Assembly: GCA_965648935.1 (NCBI GenBank)
Contig: CBFGIY010000001.1
Span: 56,307-120,306 of the forward strand
DNA: 64,000 nucleotides
Reading direction: 5' to 3'
Origin: a candidate division WOR-3 bacterium
Lineage (GTDB): Bacteria > Hydrothermota > Tepidihabitantia > Tepidihabitantales > Tepidihabitantaceae
This document shows, piece by piece, positions 58,605 to 64,000 of the stretch. Below the pieces are notes generated by a model, which was not told the origin of the DNA, did not search any database, and was given only the letters and a program-made list of their open reading frames with translations. Position 1 is the first letter of the stretch. Every line of letters starts with the position of its first letter. Both the position numbers and the translations under genes were made by a program.

Positions 58605-60255
58605 TCGGGCTGGCGGGCTCGGCGGCGCGATATCGGGCCGGGCGTTCGGTGACGGCGGCCAGTACCGGGTGGTAGGCGCCGGTGCGCTCGCGGTTGAAGC
58701 GGAAGGTGGGGCAGGGCAGGCGGGACGGGTCAAAGGCGGCATCGGTGTCCCACTTGTGGAACGTGCCATCCGAACCTTCCATCAGAATCTCGATAAAGCC
58801 ATCGGCGTCGATGTCGGCAAGGAAGGGCGTGCGCGACAGCGGGATGATGCCTTCGAGGAATGCATAGGACCCGCGGTCAGGCAGCCAGTAGGTCGGGAAA
58901 CCGGTCTTGGGCCAGCCGGGCAAGCTGTTGCCCTGCGCGTCTAGGGCGTAGAAGGTCGAGTCACAGCCGGCGGTGAGAATCTCGAGGCTGGCGGTCGCGT
59001 CGACATTGCCGGCCGCAGGCGAGTACCAGATTGCGTTGCGCGTCGGGACCGGGTAGCCGCGGTAGGGCGAGCCGTCGGCATTGAAGGCGTGGACCCGGCC
59101 GGCCCAGCGGGTGTTGCAGGTCTCGCGGCCCGAGGTGCCGACGATTATCTCGGGTGCGAGGTCGCCGTTGAGGTCGGCGATCGCCGGGGTCGAGAAGGCG
59201 CGGGTCACCCCGATGTAGGAGTCGTGGTAGCGGGCATCGCGGTGCAGGTCGACCGGGAAACCGGGCCGCATATTGCCGAGCGTATCGTAGCAGTCAAGCC
59301 AGCCGTGTCGGCGCGCGACCAGTATCTCGGGCGCGGGGTCGCCGGCGATTTCGCCGACCGTCGGTGAGGCATAGTCGGGCGAGTAGGTTCCGCCCGGGCC
59401 CTGGGTCTGCCAGTGGCGCCGAACCGTGCCGTCGTGGTTGAGAATGAACAGCCGCTTCTCGATGACCGGGTAGGGGTACTCGCGGGCAAACCAGCCGACG
59501 TGACAGATGATTTCCTTGCGGCCATCGGAGTCGATGTCGTAGATTGCCGGGCTGGAGTAGGCGCCGTGGCGGTCGAGCGTGTCGGTGTAGAACAGGAACT
59601 TCCAGAGCGAGTCGCCACTGGGCCTGATGACGTAGACGCCGGCTCCGGGCTTGCGGATGGAGCCGAGGTCGTCAACCTGGACGATTATCTCCAGGGTGTC
59701 GTCGTCGTTGATGTCGGCAACCGCGGCCTCGGAGTGGGGCTTGTGATACGGGTACTCGGGCCAGCCGGGCAGGATGAAGGGCCAGCCCGGCTTGGTCGCG
59801 CCGGTCGCGCCTTCGAGGGCAAAGATGCGGGCCTTGTACAGCGGCGCGGTCGCGTACTGGGTCTCGGCTGTCGGCATTATGATGTCGTCGCGGCCGTCGC
59901 CATCGATGTCGGCGATGGTGACCGATACCATCTCGGGGTTGCCCGAAACCCCCCAGGAGTCCTGCCACATTACGGTCAGGTCGTGGTCGAGCACGACGAG
60001 CTTGGTGATGTTGAGGTTCTGGGGCGCGGGCGCGGACAGTCGGCAGACGAACTCAGGCCACGGGTCGGCGTCGAAGTTGCCGAGGTTGACCGTGATGCCC
60101 CAGCGGCCCTGTAGGTTCATGACCGTGTCGTCATACTGGCCCGGGCCGATGTCGTACAGGCTCGTGCCTTCGGGCGTGGTGCGGCAGACGGTGGCAGTCG
60201 CGCCGGGCGGGACGAACAGACCGGGCAGCAGGATGATGACCGACAGCAAAGACAT
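58381..60255 (-). CDS. Secreted FG-GAP/VCBS repeat protein with CTD
   Basis: ADIDGDG, SPAIYDIDSDG and G[WF]P repeats; AAGGAGG RBS. Confidence 0.85.
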   Translation of the reverse strand: MSLLSVIILLPGLFVPPGATATVCRTTPEGTSLYDIGPGQYDDTVMNLQGRWGITVNLGNFDADPWPEFVCRLSAPAPQNLNITKLVVLDHDLTVMWQDSWGVSGNPEMVSVTIADIDGDGRDDIIMPTAETQYATAPLYKARIFALEGATGATKPGWPFILPGWPEYPYHKPHSEAAVADINDDDTLEIIVQVDDLGSIRKPGAGVYVIRPSGDSLWKFLFYTDTLDRHGAYSSPAIYDIDSDGRKEIICHVGWFAREYPYPVIEKRLFILNHDGTVRRHWQTQGPGGTYSPDYASPTVGEIAGDPAPEILVARRHGWLDCYDTLGNMRPGFPVDLHRDARYHDSYIGVTRAFSTPAIADLNGDLAPEIIVGTSGRETCNTRWAGRVHAFNADGSPYRGYPVPTRNAIWYSPAAGNVDATASLEILTAGCDSTFYALDAQGNSLPGWPKTGFPTYWLPDRGSYAFLEGIIPLSRTPFLADIDADGFIEILMEGSDGTFHKWDTDAAFDPSRLPCPTFRFNRERTGAYHPVLAAVTERPARYRAAEPASPTVMRAGTMRLQLPVGTSRCRIVVRDCAGRMLREWPDCPVGRDGSARLDLAGLPSGVAFIHAAGLTRPLRVVLLD

Positions 60256-60403
60256 TGCGCCTCCTTGAGGTCTTGAGTATTCTCGCGAGCATTATGAGCC
60301 GGGACAGAGCGCCGTCAACCCCGCGGGCCGGGGGCTGACCATCGCCGGGCCGCGCGTGCGGCCGCGGCCGCTTCAGGAGTCGGACATTGTCGACTACGCG
60401 CGC

Positions 60404-60550
60404 TGGACAGGCTGCGGCCTGCCCGGAAAGGGAGTCTATGGCGGCACGCGATGCCACGCACGCGGTCGAGGGACTGACGGATGCAGCCACGGTCGGCCGG
60501 TCCAAGCCACGCGCGCCGCGGCCCGAAGACGTAAGAGGCGGGCCTGCGCC
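60404..60550 (+). repeat. 147-bp structured non-coding repeat, copy 1 (IS110-like non-coding end?)
   Basis: 136/147 identical to 62952-63098 by manual alignment. Confidence 0.9.
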
Positions 60551-60788
60551 GTCAGACAGAGACGGCCAGCCCGTTCTCCGACGCGCCATGGCCCACGGCC
60601 GGCCACGACAACCGCAACTCCGCCCGTGCCGGAGGGCTCTGAGCCGGGATAGCTCTACCGCAACTCAGTCGACAACAACGCGGAGGCGGGCCAGCCCCAC
60701 AGGACAAGGACGGGAGCCCAGTGTGCCGGCTCAGGACGCCGGGCTCTGCGTCTCTTGACAGACAGGCCTGCCAGCCTGCTAATGTCCT

Positions 60789-62372
60789 ATGGATTGGCCG
60801 GGGTCTGGTCGCTCCCCATCGACGTCGGGGTCTGTTGCCTGCCAGGCGTCGCGGTGGTTCCGCTGCGGTCAGCGCGTCGTGCCGCTGGCGCTGAGCCTGC
60901 TCTGCCTTCCGCTCGCGGCCCCGGCGTACGAGTTCACGCCTGAACTCAGGGTGAATTCTGACGCGCCCGGCCGGTATGCGCACGTGCTCGGCTTCCCCAA
61001 TGGCCGTTCGATTGCCCGGCTCGAATCCGGGCCCGGACTGGTCTGGGACGGAAACCAGGAGAACGGCTCGGACTTCCACGTTTACTTCTCGCGCAGCAGT
61101 GACGGCGGCAGGACGTTTGTCGACCCTGTCCGCGTTGACAACCAACCCGGCGGCTACACTGCCCGCGACCCAACGCTCGCCGGCGACGGCGACTCGGTCG
61201 TCTGCGTCCTCTGGGGCGATGGTTCGCTCGGCACAGACCATCTGTTCTGCTCGGTGAGCACCGATGCCGGCTGTACGTTCGGCGTTCCCGTGCGGGTCGA
61301 CTCGCAGGGCGGTCACGTGCCCCAATTGCCCAGCGCCGCTCTGGTCGGCGACAGCCTGCTCCTGGTCGCGTGGGCCGCCTGGCAGGAACCGCAGATGATA
61401 CACGGCAACATCTACGTCACGCACAGCACCAACCGCGGCGCGTCATTCGCGCCCGCGACGCTGATACCGTCGACGCTCAATCTCCACGCGACGGCGCCCA
61501 GCCTCTTCGCCGACACGACGGGTGGCATCCATCTCGCCTGGCGCGACGACCGCTCAGACACGGTTCGCCGCTACTACCACGTCTACTTCAGCACCAGCAC
61601 CGACAGCGGCCGGACCTTCACCCCGCCAGTCATCGTGGACTCTGCCGGGCCGTTCAGCGGGTCGTTCCCCAGCCTGACGGGCACACCGGACGCGGCGCTG
61701 CTTGTCTGCGCCTACAAGGCCCGGCCGAGCGGCACGCACCACGTCTACTCAACCATCAGCACCGACCGCGGCGCAACGTTCGCCAGCCGTGTCCGACTGG
61801 ACTCGGCAGGGACGTCCGACACGCCCAGCGCTGCGTACCACTCGCCCGGTTCGCTGGCCGCCGTCTGGCACGACTCGCGCAACGGCGGCTACGGCGACGT
61901 CTACTTTGCCTCGTCCGAAGACTCCGGGCAGACATACTCACCCGGTCGGCGAGTCCATACCGCGCTAACTCCCGGCGTGCTCAACCCGCACGTCGCGGCC
62001 GGTCCCGCCGACACGGTCTGGGTCGCGTGGTCTGACCGGCGTCACGGCGACACCACGCCCGATATCTACTTCGCCCGCGGCTGCCGGGCACCACAGCGGC
62101 TCACCGAAGTACAGTCATACCGGAAGATGCGTGTAGCCGTTGGCCCGAGCCCATCTCGGGGTAACGTGCAAGTCCGGTGGACGGGCGTGTCCGCGCAGCA
62201 CCGGGTCACACTCACGCTGCACGACGTTTCGGGCCGCCTCGTGATGTCGCGCGTTATGGACCTCATGTCGTCCGTGGAGCTGTCGCTGCGCGACCTTCCG
62301 ACCGGCGTCTATGCCCTGCGCTGGGCAACCGCAGGCAGCCGCGGCCAGTCGCCGGTCGTCATCATCAAGTGA
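60789..62372 (+). CDS. Secreted BNR/Asp-box (sialidase-like) propeller protein with CTD; start uncertain
   Basis: Six SxDxGxT[FY]-type Asp-boxes; HDVSGRLV...LPTGVY. Confidence 0.82.
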   Translation: MDWPGSGRSPSTSGSVACQASRWFRCGQRVVPLALSLLCLPLAAPAYEFTPELRVNSDAPGRYAHVLGFPNGRSIARLESGPGLVWDGNQENGSDFHVYFSRSSDGGRTFVDPVRVDNQPGGYTARDPTLAGDGDSVVCVLWGDGSLGTDHLFCSVSTDAGCTFGVPVRVDSQGGHVPQLPSAALVGDSLLLVAWAAWQEPQMIHGNIYVTHSTNRGASFAPATLIPSTLNLHATAPSLFADTTGGIHLAWRDDRSDTVRRYYHVYFSTSTDSGRTFTPPVIVDSAGPFSGSFPSLTGTPDAALLVCAYKARPSGTHHVYSTISTDRGATFASRVRLDSAGTSDTPSAAYHSPGSLAAVWHDSRNGGYGDVYFASSEDSGQTYSPGRRVHTALTPGVLNPHVAAGPADTVWVAWSDRRHGDTTPDIYFARGCRAPQRLTEVQSYRKMRVAVGPSPSRGNVQVRWTGVSAQHRVTLTLHDVSGRLVMSRVMDLMSSVELSLRDLPTGVYALRWATAGSRGQSPVVIIK

Positions 62373-62405
62373 CCTGACGGACCGAGATAGCACAAGGAGG
62401 AAGCT

Positions 62406-62816
62406 ATGCCAGACCAAGAGCTGCAGTTGGACGAGTGGTTCCAGATTGGCGCAGAGACAGGCGCAAGCGTGCAGAGACGAGACAGGCCAATTCAGCAACC
62501 ACAGGACCACGCTGTGCTGGACTGGAGCGTGACGAACCTCGTATTTGGCACCATAAGTGTTGCCCAGGTTGACCTGACGCTGCGCTTCCCTGGGGCGTCG
62601 ATGTTCACCGAAATCCTCGAACGGATTGAAGTGTCCACTCACGAAAGCGCAGCCCTACCACCCTTCATGAAGAACATAATCAGCGTTCAGCAGCAGAACC
62701 TGAACCAGGGTGATGAACTCACCTTTCGGGTGACACTGAACCACCCGGTCACGACGGATGATTCGTCTGCCCCAACATATCAGCTCAACATCAAGGTCTA
62801 CGGCAACTACGAGTAA
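62406..62816 (+). CDS. Hypothetical beta-rich protein, lower GC
   Basis: AAGGAGG RBS; 136-aa ORF. Confidence 0.65.
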   Translation: MPDQELQLDEWFQIGAETGASVQRRDRPIQQPQDHAVLDWSVTNLVFGTISVAQVDLTLRFPGASMFTEILERIEVSTHESAALPPFMKNIISVQQQNLNQGDELTFRVTLNHPVTTDDSSAPTYQLNIKVYGNYE

Positions 62817-62837
62817 CGCAGCAGCAAGACGCGCCGG

Positions 62838-62916
62838 CGGGCCCTCAATCTGGACCCCCATCGTACTGGCCTTCATCCGCACCGAGGTCTTCAGCATCGT
62901 CGCCCCGACGCCGTAG
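62838..62916 (+). pseudogene. C-terminal remnant of a second coat-protein-like gene
   Basis: VLAFIRTEVFSIVAPTP* vs VLDALRLQVLSIPDPTP* of 5977-6348 (9/17 identical, same stop position). Confidence 0.6.
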
Positions 62917-62951
62917 TCCGAGCCGACCGCCTCACGCCCGACACCCGGCGA

Positions 62952-63098
62952 TGGACAGGCTGCGGCCTGCCCGGAGTGGGAGTCCATGGCGGCACGCGAT
63001 GCCACGCACGCGGTCGAGGGACTGACGGATGCAGCCGCGGTCGGCCGGGCCAAGCCACCAGCGCCGCGGCCCGGCAACGCAAGAGGCGGGCCTGCGCC
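62952..63098 (+). repeat. 147-bp structured non-coding repeat, copy 2
   Basis: Direct repeat of 60404-60550; preceded by GCCGTAGTCC. Confidence 0.9.
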
Positions 63099-63123
63099 TG
63101 CCTCCGCGACCTGACCAAACACC

Positions 63124-63909
63124 CTACTCCGCCAGCACCACCTTCCGGCTCAGCCGTCGCTCTCCGGCCTCAAGCCGGACCACATACGTCCCGGCCGGCA
63201 GCCGCGCCTCGCCGTCGGTGCCGTCCCACCAGTACTGCAACATCCCACCGCTGAACTCGGAGTCGACCATCGACCGGACCAGCCGCCCTGCCGCATCATA
63301 GAGCTTCAGACTGACCCTGTCCGCGCCGGCTAGCCAGACCTTGATGACTGCGCCTCGACTCACCGGGCTCGGCACGATATCGAGAGAGGTCTTGGGTCGT
63401 CGCGGCAGTTCCTTGTCGGCAACGCCGGGTGCGTCATCACGCAGGACGTACAGCACCGAGTTCTCGGCCGCCACGACCACGTAGCCCGAGTCCGGGTCTA
63501 CGGCCATGCTTCGAATCTCGTGGCCGATGACCGTCCAACTGACCACCTCGTCGGTCGCACAGTCGATAGCCGCGACCATCGACGGCTCGGGAATCTGCCC
63601 GACCCCGCCGTGCGTGGCGACGTACAGCTTGTTGCCGCGCGGATTGTAGACCGGCGTCACGGGTGCGCCGCGCGAGAAGTAAATGGTCGAGACGACCTCG
63701 TTCCGGTCGCAGTCGACTACGTTCATTGACACGTTGGGCGCGTAGCAATAGAGCTTGTGTCCCGTTGGCACGTAGGTGAGCGAGGAGAGCACCGGCAGGC
63801 CGGGGATGTGAGCGATGACCGAGTCGGAGGCGCAGTCGACCGCCTTCAGGCGGTACGACGCGTCGTCGGTGGCGGCATACACCCGGTCGTGGTCGCTGTC
63901 CCAGGCCAG
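63124..63909 (-). CDS. YncE-like beta-propeller C-terminal part with FlgD-like CTD (5'-truncated, fused to IS3 orfA start)
   Basis: [VI]DC..D.V repeats; KLY motifs; WDGTDGEARLPAGTY. Confidence 0.75.
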   Translation of the reverse strand: MAWDSDHDRVYAATDDASYRLKAVDCASDSVIAHIPGLPVLSSLTYVPTGHKLYCYAPNVSMNVVDCDRNEVVSTIYFSRGAPVTPVYNPRGNKLYVATHGGVGQIPEPSMVAAIDCATDEVVSWTVIGHEIRSMAVDPDSGYVVVAAENSVLYVLRDDAPGVADKELPRRPKTSLDIVPSPVSRGAVIKVWLAGADRVSLKLYDAAGRLVRSMVDSEFSGGMLQYWWDGTDGEARLPAGTYVVRLEAGERRLSRKVVLAE

Positions 63910-64000
63910 CGCAACCCGGGCTACCGACAGACCGCTCTCATTGGCCAGCCGGACCGCTTCCAGCTTGTACTCACGCGTGTAGTTCTTGCGGACTCCGGAC
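63910..64000 (-). mobile_element. IS3-family transposase orfA N-terminal fragment
   Basis: Minus-strand frame SGVRKNYTREYKLEAVRLANESGLSVARVA, typical of the IS3 orfA HTH. Confidence 0.8.

Overview
High-GC bacterial chromosome window. Gene content and the many secreted proteins with T9SS/FlgD-like C-terminal domains (CTDs) suggest an FCB-related lineage such as candidate phylum WOR-3; this is an inference. Core blocks are ispE-tRNA(Gln)-prs-rplY-pth-ychF-rpsF-ssb, a full pho/pst operon with a porin, rnpB, tRNA-Leu(CAG), tldD/pmbA and pyrK-D-F-E. Accessory stretches (about 6-13.5 kb and 42-64 kb) carry about ten secreted CTD proteins. The most notable observations are: (1) a stand-alone 123-aa gene with its own promoter whose sequence pattern matches the rudivirus SIRV2-type (Adnaviria) coat protein, plus a second C-terminal remnant of the same family at 62.9 kb; (2) two 147-bp structured direct repeats, resembling IS110-family non-coding ends, that bracket cargo genes with no transposase in the window; (3) a 224-bp CTD module shared by two unrelated secreted proteins, bracketing a TrmB operon; (4) a sigma-54 module with predictable promoters and enhancer sites; (5) frequent leaderless promoter architecture; (6) an IS3 orfA start fused in frame to a beta-propeller fragment; (7) tRNA-linked 68-bp repeats, an orphan MntA and a deletion-inactivated RibD-like gene. 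All homology calls come from motif recognition by eye, not database searches.
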